Sequence record: MW822008.1
DNA from: Escherichia phage BF17
DNA length: 64,000 nucleotides
Direction: 5' to 3' (one strand)
Position numbers and translations under genes: made by a program. The notes beneath the pieces are model-generated. The model ran no database searches, was not told the DNA's origin, and saw only the letters and a list, made by a program, of their open reading frames with translations. Positions 47,842 through 57,800 of the stretch are shown piece after piece. Positions within the stretch are counted from its first letter, which is position 1; every line of letters starts with the position of its first letter.

Positions 47842-48957
47842 ATGTCTAAATTAGAAAAGCTTCTAAAAGAATCATCTCTTTCTGATGAGGCAAAACAGCT
47901 AATTCAGGAAGCATGGAATGAAGAAAAAAACACACTTGCCGCAGAAATGCGTGAAGAAATGAAAGGCCGCTACAAACAAGATTTGTCCGAGCTAACCGAA
48001 GGTCTAAATACTATGGTTACTCAAGTTATCGCTGAAGAAATGGGTGCAGTATATGAAGAGAAAAAACGTCTTGTAGAAGATCGTGTAACTCTCCGTAAAA
48101 CCCTAAGTAATTTCTCTGCGTTTTCTAACTCTGTTTTGGCTGAAGAAGTTAAACAAATGCGTAAAGAACGTAAGCATCTTCAAGAATGCATGGGTAAATT
48201 CGTTAATTTCTCTAACGGTATCCTAGCAGAAGAGCTAAAAGAATTCCACATCGAGAAACGTCAACTAGTTGAAACTCGCGTTAAACTACTAGCTGAAGGC
48301 TCCCGTCAAATTGCTGAAGCACGTAACAACTTCATCAAACGTACCTCTGAAAGTGCTGCTAAATACATTGCAGAAACTACTCAGAAAAACCTATACGCTT
48401 TGAAAGAAGATCTTGTTGAAGCAAAACAAAATATGTTTGGTCGTAAAATCTTTGAAGCGTTTGCTCAAGAGTTTAATGTCAAACAATTTAATGAGAATTC
48501 ACTACTACGTTCCCTAACTGAATCAATTAAGTCTAAAGAAGACGAAATTGCACAAGTTAAACAAGAACTAAATGAAACTGTAAGTGAAGTTAAAGCTGCT
48601 AAAACCAAACTACGTATTATGGAAGATTCACAAGCTCGTAATGCGATTATGTCTGAACTAGTTAAGCCACTAACTACACAACAGAAACAAATTATGGAAT
48701 CCCTTCTAGCTACTTCTCCTACAGAAAAGCTTAAAGACGATTTCAGTAAGTACCATAAGTCAGTACTTAACGGTACTAAAGTAAATGAATCTGCTACCAC
48801 TCGTCAAGCAGTTCAGTCTTCCGCTAAGAGAACTCTTGCAGAAGGTAAAGTAATCACTGGCAACCGTCAGGCTATTGTTGAAAGCGAAGAAATGACCGCT
48901 GACGATATGGCATTCCTAAAAGAACTCGATGTTCTTTCTGGTATCAATAAAAAATAA
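47842..48957 (+). CDS. Prohead scaffolding protein, gp22-like (coiled-coil rich)
   Basis: Charged, heptad-like helical sequence between the protease and MCP genes; RBS AAAGGAGAG. Confidence 0.6.
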   Translation: MSKLEKLLKESSLSDEAKQLIQEAWNEEKNTLAAEMREEMKGRYKQDLSELTEGLNTMVTQVIAEEMGAVYEEKKRLVEDRVTLRKTLSNFSAFSNSVLAEEVKQMRKERKHLQECMGKFVNFSNGILAEELKEFHIEKRQLVETRVKLLAEGSRQIAEARNNFIKRTSESAAKYIAETTQKNLYALKEDLVEAKQNMFGRKIFEAFAQEFNVKQFNENSLLRSLTESIKSKEDEIAQVKQELNETVSEVKAAKTKLRIMEDSQARNAIMSELVKPLTTQQKQIMESLLATSPTEKLKDDFSKYHKSVLNGTKVNESATTRQAVQSSAKRTLAEGKVITGNRQAIVESEEMTADDMAFLKELDVLSGINKK

Positions 48958-48995
48958 ACATTTTAAAGCATTTTAATAATCAAATTTTTCAGTTC

Positions 48996-49003
48996 TATAA
49001 ATA
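48996..49003 (+). promoter_or_regulatory. T4-type late promoter TATAAATA for the major capsid gene
   Basis: Exact TATAAATA ~45 nt upstream of ATG 49048, inside the conserved block AAATTTTTCAGTTCTATAAATAATATCATACT. Confidence 0.55.
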
Positions 49004-49047
49004 ATATCATACTGAAAAACGAATATAACATCTTTAAGGAGATAATA

Positions 49048-50223
49048 ATGTCACAACTACTAAATGAATCCAAATGGGTAGCAGTTAAAGAGAAACTAGT
49101 TGAAGGTCTACAAGGTACTCGTAAGTCCGTAATGGAAACCGTACTTGATAACCATCGTAAACTAATGCTAAACGAATCTGCTACTTCTGGTGCAACCACC
49201 GCTGGTAACATCGCTACTCTAAACAAAGTGATTCTACCAATTATGCGTCGTGTTATGCCAACCGTAATCGCTAACGAAATCATCGGTGTTCAGCCAATGA
49301 CTGGCCCAGTTGGTCAGATCCACACCCTACGTGTTCAATATGCTGACAACGCTCCTGGTGTTATCGCTGGTGAAGAAATGCTTTCTCCATACAAAATCGC
49401 TAAGTCTTATACTGGTGACCTAAACGCAGACAACAGCAACCCACAAGCTGCTCCTACTAGCCAACTAGAAGGTACTATGGGTCGTCGCGTTAACATCCGT
49501 ATTCTACGTGAAACTGTTGAAGCGAAATCTCGTCGTCTATCTGCACGTTGGACTGTTGAATCTGCACAAGATGCACAATCCCAACATGGTATCGACGTTG
49601 AAGCTGAACTAATGGCTGCAATCGCTCAAGAAGTTACCGTTGAAATCGACCAAGAGCTACTAAGCCGTCTACGTGCACTACCTGGTGCTGCTGCTGTAAC
49701 TTATGACCAATCTAAAGTTACTGGTGTTGCGACCTTCGTTGGTGACGAGCACGCTGCTCTAGCTACCCTAATCAACCGTCAAGCGAACGAAGTTGCTCGT
49801 CGTACCAAACGTGGTGCTGCGAACTGGGCTGTTGTTTCTCCAACCGCTCTAACCATTCTACAGTCTGCAACTACTTCTAGTTTTGCACGTACTACTGAAG
49901 GTACTTTCGAAGCTCCAACTAACGTTAAATTTGTTGGTACTCTAAACAGCACCATGCGTATCTTCGTTGATACCTATGCAAGTGATGTTGAAGATATCCT
50001 AATTGGTTACAAAGGTAACGCTGAAACTGATGCTGGTGTGTTCTATTGCCCATACATCCCACTAATGGCTTCCGGTACTGTAATGGACCCTAACACTGGA
50101 GAACTCGTTACAACTTTCTTAACCAGATACGGGTATGTTCAGTTGACCGATAGCACCAGTTCACTAGGTAACGCTGCTGACTACTACAGTAAAATCGCTA
50201 TCAAAAACGTTACTTTCATGTAA
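49048..50223 (+). CDS. 23: Major capsid protein, gp23-like (HK97 fold), 391 aa
   Basis: Blocks VIANEIIGVQPM, VEAKSRRLSARWTVESAQD, EVARRTKRGAANW, GYKGNAETDAGVFYCPY and TRYG parallel T4 gp23 from memory; RBS AAGGAG; codon usage looks highly expressed. Confidence 0.9.
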   Translation: MSQLLNESKWVAVKEKLVEGLQGTRKSVMETVLDNHRKLMLNESATSGATTAGNIATLNKVILPIMRRVMPTVIANEIIGVQPMTGPVGQIHTLRVQYADNAPGVIAGEEMLSPYKIAKSYTGDLNADNSNPQAAPTSQLEGTMGRRVNIRILRETVEAKSRRLSARWTVESAQDAQSQHGIDVEAELMAAIAQEVTVEIDQELLSRLRALPGAAAVTYDQSKVTGVATFVGDEHAALATLINRQANEVARRTKRGAANWAVVSPTALTILQSATTSSFARTTEGTFEAPTNVKFVGTLNSTMRIFVDTYASDVEDILIGYKGNAETDAGVFYCPYIPLMASGTVMDPNTGELVTTFLTRYGYVQLTDSTSSLGNAADYYSKIAIKNVTFM

Positions 50224-50246
50224 TAATAAAGAATTTAAATATACTA

Positions 50247-50276
50247 GGGACTCTTCGGAGTCCCTTTTCTTTTTTC
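50247..50276 (+). terminator. Intrinsic terminator with UUCG tetraloop after the capsid gene
   Basis: GGGACTC-TTCG-GAGTCCC-TTTTCTTTTTT. Confidence 0.8.
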
Positions 50277-50287
50277 AGAAAAAAAGC

Positions 50288-50316
50288 TTGACAAGTAGAT
50301 TTTAATTATATATAAT
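50288..50316 (+). promoter_or_regulatory. Consensus sigma70 promoter
   Basis: TTGACA (50288-50293), 17-bp spacer, TATAAT (50311-50316). Confidence 0.65.
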
Positions 50317-50351
50317 TACCACATACCAAAAATCACAAAGAGACAAATAAA

Positions 50352-51458
50352 ATGCCAAAAGTAAGTATCGACAAAGAAAAATTCATTGAAGAGATGAACA
50401 ACAAGTATGGAGCATATGGTGAATTTGATTTCAGCACTTTAGTATTCAAAGCCAGTAAGACAACAGTTAAATGTAATAAATGCGGAAAAGAAAATACTAA
50501 ACCTGCACTACGTCACATTTCATGTACATGTTCTTCATGTTATTCAAACATGTCACAGCGTTCGAACAACGAAAAATTTATCAGCACGGTAGAAACTAAA
50601 TTTGGAAAAGATAAATTCAAATTTGATAAACTAAATTACATTAACGCTATAACAAAAGTAACCATACTCTGTACAGACGAAGAACATAACGATTACTTTG
50701 AAATTACACCAAACAAATTTCTTACTGGTAAGGGATGTCCTATATGTAATAAAAATGAAGCATACAGTACTGAAGAATTCGTAGAAAAAGTAAAAGAAAA
50801 TTATGGTGATTCATTAGATTTAACTAACACAGTATATGTAAATCAAAAAACTAAAGTAACTGTGTATTGTAAAGCGGGTAACCATGAATGGACAGTTGAT
50901 CCGAAAACTTTACTTGTTGGTAAAACTGGCTGCGGTACATGTTCTGGTAAAGGTGGAAGAAGCACTGAACGTTTCATTGAACTTGTGTCGCCTATCCATA
51001 ACCATAAGTATGATTATAGTTTGGTTGAATATACTATAAGCGAGAATTATGTTGATATTGTATGTCCAACTCATGGTGTTTTCTCCCAACAACCAAAAGC
51101 ACATATGGCTGGTAAAGGATGCCCATCATGTGGTGAATATGGATATCAGCCATCAAAACCTGGATATTTCTATGTTCAAAAACTAACTAATAAAGATAAG
51201 ACAGTGTACAAGTATGGAATCACTGGTGATATGAAACGCCGTGTAAATGAGCAAAGTCGTCATTCTGGTTTTGAACACACAGTACTGATAGAACGTTACT
51301 TTGAAGATGGAAATCAACCATTACTGTTGGAAAAGTTCATAAAGAAATACATTGAAAGTGGTGTTGTAAGTACTGAAGAGTTGCCATCAGGATTTACTGA
51401 AACTTTTGATGCTAAGTATCTTGAAAGTGTTTTAGAAATTGTAAATACTTTTAAGTAA
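50352..51458 (+). CDS. T5orf172 / GIY-YIG-like domain protein with N-terminal Cys-rich tandem repeats (putative homing-type nuclease), 368 aa
   Basis: C-terminal GYFYVQKLTNKDKTVYKYGITGDMKRRVNEQ fits the T5orf172 motif; N-terminal half has at least three repeats containing GKGCPxC / GKTGCGTC. Confidence 0.55.
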   Translation: MPKVSIDKEKFIEEMNNKYGAYGEFDFSTLVFKASKTTVKCNKCGKENTKPALRHISCTCSSCYSNMSQRSNNEKFISTVETKFGKDKFKFDKLNYINAITKVTILCTDEEHNDYFEITPNKFLTGKGCPICNKNEAYSTEEFVEKVKENYGDSLDLTNTVYVNQKTKVTVYCKAGNHEWTVDPKTLLVGKTGCGTCSGKGGRSTERFIELVSPIHNHKYDYSLVEYTISENYVDIVCPTHGVFSQQPKAHMAGKGCPSCGEYGYQPSKPGYFYVQKLTNKDKTVYKYGITGDMKRRVNEQSRHSGFEHTVLIERYFEDGNQPLLLEKFIKKYIESGVVSTEELPSGFTETFDAKYLESVLEIVNTFK

Positions 51459-51481
51459 ACAACCATAAGGAGTTGACACGG

Positions 51482-51832
51482 ATGTTAACTGTATACATTT
51501 TTAAGAAAGAAGAGTACTTAAAGAGTCAGTACTCAAAAATTGAGATTAACGTTCCATACGGGACTTTAGTTGGTTATGATGAAGCTAGTGAAACTTTGTA
51601 TTATAATGATGATAGACTGGACTATAGTATTGATTCATTTATTGAAGACATACTTAATAGTAACACTGAAGATATGTTGTATGAAGAATACTTAGATAAG
51701 TACAAAGAACGTATGTCAAAGTTACATGCTGATGCTCCAGTACTGAACATTTCAAAAACTCCTTCTGAATTCGAGCCACAAAACCCATTCCAACGCCTAA
51801 TTGATGCTGGGGTAAATTTCCGAATTACTTGA
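51482..51832 (+). CDS. Hypothetical protein (~116 aa)
   Basis: Start ATG 51482 with RBS TAAGGAG; the ORF-track start 51473 is a TTG inside the RBS region. Confidence 0.45.
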   Translation: MLTVYIFKKEEYLKSQYSKIEINVPYGTLVGYDEASETLYYNDDRLDYSIDSFIEDILNSNTEDMLYEEYLDKYKERMSKLHADAPVLNISKTPSEFEPQNPFQRLIDAGVNFRIT

Positions 51833-51871
51833 TTAATAAATATCTTCATATTACTGATGGAGATATTTTCT

Positions 51872-52180
51872 ATGTCACAGATATGTTATGTTATAGTAAA
51901 TGATGCATGGCCTGATTATGTTAAGATAGGATTTACCAGTAAATCTGAAATGACAGAACGTTTAAGGACATATCAAACTGCTACACCTTTTAGAGATTTT
52001 GTGGTATACCATGAAGTACACTTTGAAGATGCACGTTTAGCAGAGAAAGAAATTCACAAAAGACTAAAACAAATGAACGCAGTAAGGCAACCTAACACCG
52101 AGTGGTTCAAGATGCCTAAGAAGATAGCAGCGAACATCGTTGATTCTGTTCTTGACGATATGGAAAACGACTTGCTATAG
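51872..52180 (+). CDS. Small T5orf172 / GIY-YIG-like domain protein (~102 aa)
   Basis: YVIVNDAWPDYVKIGFTSKSEMTERLRTY fits the same motif; start ATG 51872 with RBS GGAG (ORF-track ATG 51857 lies inside that RBS). Confidence 0.5.
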   Translation: MSQICYVIVNDAWPDYVKIGFTSKSEMTERLRTYQTATPFRDFVVYHEVHFEDARLAEKEIHKRLKQMNAVRQPNTEWFKMPKKIAANIVDSVLDDMENDLL

Positions 52181-52221
52181 TAATAAATATAGTATATATT
52201 AATCATTAAAGGGATTTATAC

Positions 52222-53847
52222 ATGAGCATAAGTTTTAATAACCCACTGGATACTATGACTAGTACTGGTGCTAATGGATCTTTAGAACTAATAGTGCTTG
52301 GTGGTACACCAACTAATCCAAGACCTATTCGTTTTAATTCATCTTCTGTCATTTTACCAGTACAGGCATTGCCAGCAGGTGAGCAAGGTGCTATGGTATT
52401 TGATAGAAATGAGTTGGTGTTAAAATACCACAACGGGACAAGTTGGATTGCAGTATACGATACTGATACAATTCTTGAACCAATCCGTATTTCACTCGAT
52501 GAAGTGAACCGTAAACTGAATTTAAAAGTTGAAACAGTAACATATAGTAGTAGTGCTGTTCCAAGTGCGAGCATTAGTGGTACGAATTTAAATATCGTAT
52601 TCCCTACTCCATCAAGTAGCGGTAGTGGCCCAACAGGTCTTTACACTTCAATGAAGCCTGGTGCAATTACCCAGTACTCATTGACTTCTGGACAAACTGT
52701 TGCTAGTATTCGTGAACAGATGTCTGGAGTAACTAATGGTCAAAGTGGTCGTAATGGTACACAAGGTTCTCCGTGGAAAACTTCTGATGGTTGGTGTTTT
52801 GCTGATGGAATGTGGTGGCAATGGGTTGGTGAAAATGGTACAATCACTAAACAAGTTCCAAATCTTAACCAAGAAGCATACTTGAAAGGCATTACCACAT
52901 CAGGCGTAACTAAAACTGATAGTGTGATTGCAAGTAGTGCATCAATTAGTGGTACTGCGATATCAATTGCTCAACTTCCACCGCACTCATTTAGTTTCAG
53001 TGGAACTACTGGTGCTGCTGGTCGTCATGGTCATAGCCAAGCACTAAAAGGTATGGACAGAAGTGGTCTTAATGCGTTAACATCCAGTAACGACAACGGA
53101 ATCCCAACTGTAATTAATAACATTAACGAAGCACCTGATCACGTGCATAGTTTCAGTGGTTCTACGAATACTGTTGGTAGTGGTCAAGCACACAGCCACG
53201 GAATTAGCAATATTGACGTACCACACTTTAATGTGGCATACTTATATAACATTGCTGAGTCTAACGTTGCATTGAGTGAAAAAGTTGCAAACACCCGTTA
53301 TGTACTGAAAACTGGTGATACAATGTCTGGTTCATTGACTATTGCTAACAGTGCAACAATTCGTTCGAATGATACTTCATTAGTACTTTACTTCCGTAAC
53401 GCTACTAATGGTGAACGTGCAGCAATTTATCATAATTCATCTAACAATACATTACGTTTGAGAAGTAATGGTGGTTCTGAAGTTACAATTAACTCTTCTG
53501 GTGTACTTTATGCTCCATCAGTAACTGGTGCATCATTGTCTATTTCTGGAAACACAGCAACTGTTGCAAGTAAAAACATCGTCAGATCTATTAACGGTAA
53601 CAACGCTGATGCAAACGGTAACGTAACTTTAACACTGGGTGCTGTACAAGATGTTCGTTTAAGTAAAAGAACATCTACGCGAAGTGTTCCTGATTCTTCT
53701 TGGATCTATGCACCAGAAGGTGCTACGCTTGATGGGTTGTTTATTTCCGTAAATGGGAGTTCTGGTACACACGTTGAAGGTTATAGTTGGAGATATACAC
53801 AAAAATTAGTCAATGGTGTATGGACTAACGTAGTAGTGGAGTCTTAA
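52222..53847 (+). CDS. Tail fiber protein with His-x-His repeat region (541 aa)
   Basis: Repeats HSFSFSGTTGAAGRHGHSQA and HVHSFSGSTNTVGSGQAHSHG resemble HxH repeats of T-even fiber tips; beta-rich composition; RBS AAAGGGA. Confidence 0.6.
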   Translation: MSISFNNPLDTMTSTGANGSLELIVLGGTPTNPRPIRFNSSSVILPVQALPAGEQGAMVFDRNELVLKYHNGTSWIAVYDTDTILEPIRISLDEVNRKLNLKVETVTYSSSAVPSASISGTNLNIVFPTPSSSGSGPTGLYTSMKPGAITQYSLTSGQTVASIREQMSGVTNGQSGRNGTQGSPWKTSDGWCFADGMWWQWVGENGTITKQVPNLNQEAYLKGITTSGVTKTDSVIASSASISGTAISIAQLPPHSFSFSGTTGAAGRHGHSQALKGMDRSGLNALTSSNDNGIPTVINNINEAPDHVHSFSGSTNTVGSGQAHSHGISNIDVPHFNVAYLYNIAESNVALSEKVANTRYVLKTGDTMSGSLTIANSATIRSNDTSLVLYFRNATNGERAAIYHNSSNNTLRLRSNGGSEVTINSSGVLYAPSVTGASLSISGNTATVASKNIVRSINGNNADANGNVTLTLGAVQDVRLSKRTSTRSVPDSSWIYAPEGATLDGLFISVNGSSGTHVEGYSWRYTQKLVNGVWTNVVVES

Positions 53848-53848
53848 T

Positions 53849-54367
53849 ATGAAAACATATACACATTTCAAAAAATATATCCCAGTAGAAAAGAAACATG
53901 GAGATAATGTTCTTTATCTATTGTCAGATGAGGGTGCTGACTGGTATGATTGTCAAAACGAATTCAGACAAGATACTTTGAAAGTTCAGTACTCTGATGA
54001 TGGTTATATTGCACAAGCATCATATGATGTAACATTGTTAGTACCGTATGGATACAGTGTTTCTGAGTTGGAGCATGATGGTGATGAAGATGAAGTAGTT
54101 GGTAAAATCTATGATGGAAGTAAAATTTCTGATTATGTTGAATCTACTGATGAAAAGATCAAACGTCTATCATCTGAGCACCAAGAATTAAGAACCGTAG
54201 CAATTAATGAGTTGAATAACATTAAGATGGCGATAGATCTTGAGGTAGCAACTGATTATGAAATAGAACTGTTTCCTAAGTTGAAAGCATATGTTCTTGA
54301 GCTATCATCTCTAACAACATCTGAATTTAGTAAGAAGAAGTTTTCGTTCCCTGTTAAACCTGTTTAA
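53849..54367 (+). CDS. Putative tail fiber assembly chaperone (172 aa)
   Basis: Immediately follows the fiber gene with a 1-nt gap; size and acidic composition fit Tfa-type chaperones; RBS GTGGAG. Confidence 0.4.
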   Translation: MKTYTHFKKYIPVEKKHGDNVLYLLSDEGADWYDCQNEFRQDTLKVQYSDDGYIAQASYDVTLLVPYGYSVSELEHDGDEDEVVGKIYDGSKISDYVESTDEKIKRLSSEHQELRTVAINELNNIKMAIDLEVATDYEIELFPKLKAYVLELSSLTTSEFSKKKFSFPVKPV

Positions 54368-54376
54368 AAGTTTTTT

Positions 54377-54405
54377 TGGAACAAAATCGTAAGTAGTGAT
54401 ACAAT
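54377..54405 (+). promoter_or_regulatory. Sigma70-type promoter with extended -10 for the DsbA-like gene
   Basis: TGGAAC, 17-bp spacer, TGaTACAAT (-10 at 54400-54405). Confidence 0.45.
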
Positions 54406-54408
54406 GTA

Positions 54409-54444
54409 GTCATCTTACAGAGGTTGTGAGATGACATTTTTTTC
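54409..54444 (+). terminator. Intrinsic terminator overlapping the promoter's start region
   Basis: GTCATCT-tacagaggttgtg-AGATGAC-ATTTTTTT beginning 4 nt after the -10 hexamer. Confidence 0.6.
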
Positions 54445-54467
54445 AAAACACATGGAGAAGCAAACAA

Positions 54468-54773
54468 ATGGCAAAAGCTAAAAAAGAAGTTAAAGTTGAA
54501 ATTCGTGACCTAAATGATGAACAACGTAAACGTCTAGGTGATGCACTAAACAACGCAGTAGTACAACTTACTTTTATTGACGACACCAAAGCATCCTATG
54601 CAGATTTCATTAGTTCCATCTCTGATGAACTAGGTATTGATGCATCCGATATCAAACAAGCCGCTCAACGTATCTACAAAGGCGATTACTTTGATAAACA
54701 AAACAAACTCGATAATATCGAAACTATCCTAAGTGTTACTAACAATTTGCCACAAGCAGATGACGATTACTAA
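54468..54773 (+). CDS. Small acidic DNA-binding protein, T4 DsbA-like (101 aa)
   Basis: MAKAKKE..., SDELGIDASD and IYKGDYFDK loosely parallel T4 DsbA from memory; RBS GGAGAAG; sits next to the polymerase gene. Confidence 0.4.
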   Translation: MAKAKKEVKVEIRDLNDEQRKRLGDALNNAVVQLTFIDDTKASYADFISSISDELGIDASDIKQAAQRIYKGDYFDKQNKLDNIETILSVTNNLPQADDDY

Positions 54774-54797
54774 TAAGTACTAAAAACTAAACTTTAT

Positions 54798-54828
54798 AGC
54801 CTCCAATGAATGGGGGCTTTATTTTTAA
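54798..54828 (+). terminator. Intrinsic terminator
   Basis: AGCCTCC-aatgaat-GGGGGCT-TTATTTTTAA (one G-U pair). Confidence 0.55.
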
Positions 54829-54855
54829 CTTAATAAACGTAAAGGAATACAAACG

Positions 54856-57800
54856 ATGTATATCGATGCTTATATGGAACGTAAACGTACTGGTGATATT
54901 TTGCACGTAGCAGAACGTAAAAACGGTAAACGTATTCTACGTCAGTTGGACCCAGTATATGAATATTATGTTGAATCTCCTACTGGTGAACACAAAACAA
55001 TTTATGGAACCAACGCAAAGCATTTGGAGTTTGAAACTCAATCACAGATGAATAAAAGCGTTGAGCAACATAAAAATGAAGGTCTACGTATTTTTGAAAG
55101 TGATTGCAACATTACCTTCAAAACGTTGGCTAGAGAATACATGGGTAAAGGTTCGCCGGATTTGAACGTGGCATTTTTCGATATCGAAACCGACTTCCAT
55201 AAGAAGTTTGGTTATGCTCCACCATCAGATCCATTCAACCGTGTAACTGCAATTTCTCTATATCAATCATGGACTGGTAAGGATTATGTACTGACTTTGC
55301 CACCAACTGATATGGAAATGTACGAAGCACAAGATATTGTTCGTCAGTTAAACGAAGAAACTAACGACCCTAACAGTACTGTCATCCTTTATACGGATGA
55401 GAAAGAAATGTTTATGGAGTTCTTTAGTCTAATCGATGACTCTGATGTAATTTCAGGTTGGAACAGTGAATTCTTTGATATTCCATATATGGTCAACCGT
55501 ACCAAGAAAATCTTCAACGAAGCAACTACTGCTCGTTGGTGCTTGTGGAATAAAAAACCAAATGCTCGTGAAGCTGATAACTTTGGTAAAACTGTAGTAA
55601 CGTATGATCTTATTGGTCGCGTACACTTAGACTATCTTGCTCTTTATAAGAAACATGCTGGTCAAGTTGAACAGTCGTACAAACTAGATTATATTGCTGA
55701 AAAAGTAACTAAAGAAAACAAAGTATCCTATGAAGGTTCATTGGATAAACTATACCGTGAAGATTATATTACATTCTTGCGTTATTCTAAGCAGGATAGT
55801 ATTCTTCTAAAGAAAATTGATGCTAAATGTGACTTTATCAACCTGCATAACCGTCTTGCTCATAAAGAATGTGTACTAATTAGTACTACAATGGGTTCGG
55901 TTGCACTAATCGACACTGCTATCATCAACCTTGCTCACAGTCGCGGTGAAGTTGTTTTTAACAAAGCACCGAAAGATGATATTGAGTTAGATCCAGAGAT
56001 GGAGTACTATGGTGAAGAAGGTGATGAAGAAGATGAGAAAATCAGTGCAAAAGCTGCTGGTGCATGGGTTCAAGATCCAGTTCTTGGCCTTGTTAGCGAT
56101 TTGGGATGTACAGACTTTAACTCATTGTATCCAACTGTACTACGTACACTTGGCATGAGTACTGAATGTATTCTTGGACAACTTCGTCAAGACTACACTG
56201 ATGCATATCTTGCTGCTAAAGTACAAGAGCAAAAAGCTAAATCCAAATCTAAAGCGTTTGAACCTGATTGGACCGCTGCATGGCATGGTTTATTTGCTGC
56301 TGTAGAATTTACAATGGTTCATGAAAAATCTGACAAAACTTTGATTGTTGATTTAGAAGATGGTAGTTCGTTCAATGCAACTGGTAAAGAATTGTATGAT
56401 ATTATCTTTGCTGAAGACAGTACTATTGTACTAAGTGCTAACGGAACACTTTTTGATAAGTCTAAGTATGGTGTAATTCCAGATATTCTTACTCAATGGT
56501 ATTCTGAGCGTAAAGCACAACAAAAAATGGTAATCGACTACAAACACATGTACAGTGATGGGTGGGAATTCAATGGTTCTGAGAAGGTTGAACCTTTGCT
56601 ATCTAACTACACAAGTGGTACAATGTTCCGTACAAACTTACATGACAATGATCCTGTTTACCTATTACGTATTGCTATTGGTAAAGGTCAATGGGAAGAA
56701 GTTGCAAAACTCATTGTGGAAAATGGTTTAGTACTGAAAGATGGTCGTATTTTCTGTGCAACGGAAGATAAGAATTACTTCAAACAGCAAAGTGCATTCT
56801 GGAAACAGAACCAGCAAATTCGTAAGATTCTTCTAAACAGTCTATATGGTGCACTATTGAACAAAGGTTCACGTTTCTTTGATAAACGTTTAGGTCAGTC
56901 CGTTACCTTAACTGGTCGTTCTATGACTAAACATATGGCAAGCCGTATCAATGAAATCACTACTGGCGTTTATAATCACCAAGGTGGCTCTGTGATTTAC
57001 GGTGATACTGACTCCGTTTACTTCAGTGTAACTCATTACCTGAAAGAACAAGGTATTCCATATAATCTTTCGAAAGAAGAAATCGTTGACATGTATATCA
57101 AAATTGGTGATGAAGTTGGTGAATCATTCCCTTCATTCATGAACGAAATGTTCAATACTGGTATTGAGAAAGGTAAGATTGTTGGTGCAGACCTAGAGAT
57201 GGTCGGTTCCCGTGGTCTATTCCTGAAGAAAAAGCGTTATGCAATTCTCAAGTACTGGGAAGATGGTTTCCGTAAAGATGTTGATGGAAAGCCTGGTGAA
57301 ATTAAAGCGATGGGTCTTGAAATTAAACGTTCAGATACGCCAAAATACATCCAGAACTTCCTAGAAGAGACTCTAATTGCATTGCTGGTGGGTGAGTCTG
57401 AAGCTCAACTTAAACAGCGTGTACGTGACTTTAAAGAGGTATTTAAAGACATGCCTGTACACGAAAAGGGTTCACCGAAAACTGTTAAGAACTATACCAA
57501 CTTAGAAGCAGAATATGAAGTTTCTGGTAAATGTAAAGTTGGTCACGTATTAGCAGGTATTCAATGGAACCGTCTACGTGAAGTATATGATGACAAAACT
57601 GTACCTGAAGTAACTGACGGTACAAAAGTAATTGTATGTAACTTAAAAGATAACCCGATGGGTATCAAAGCAGTAGGTTACCCAATTGACTGTGTGGAAT
57701 ATCTACCTGAATGGTTCTTAGAACTACCATTTGATACAGAGAAAATGGAAGAAATAGTTCTAACTAAAAAATTAGAAAACATTTTTGGTATTCTGGATAT

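Noticed and set aside
35286-51871. ORF-track starts at 35286, 46281, 51857 and similar ATG codons in the motif ATGGAG
   Set aside because: The ATG is part of a recurring Shine-Dalgarno-containing motif (a/t)ATGGAG that sits 6-10 nt upstream of the real start at about ten genes here; treating it as a start adds a few spurious residues.
54409-54444. Hairpin plus U-tract read as a leader attenuator or riboswitch for the DsbA-like and polymerase genes
   Set aside because: The predicted start site of the adjacent promoter falls inside the 5' arm of the stem, so the structure cannot form on transcripts started there; a plain upstream terminator is the simpler reading.
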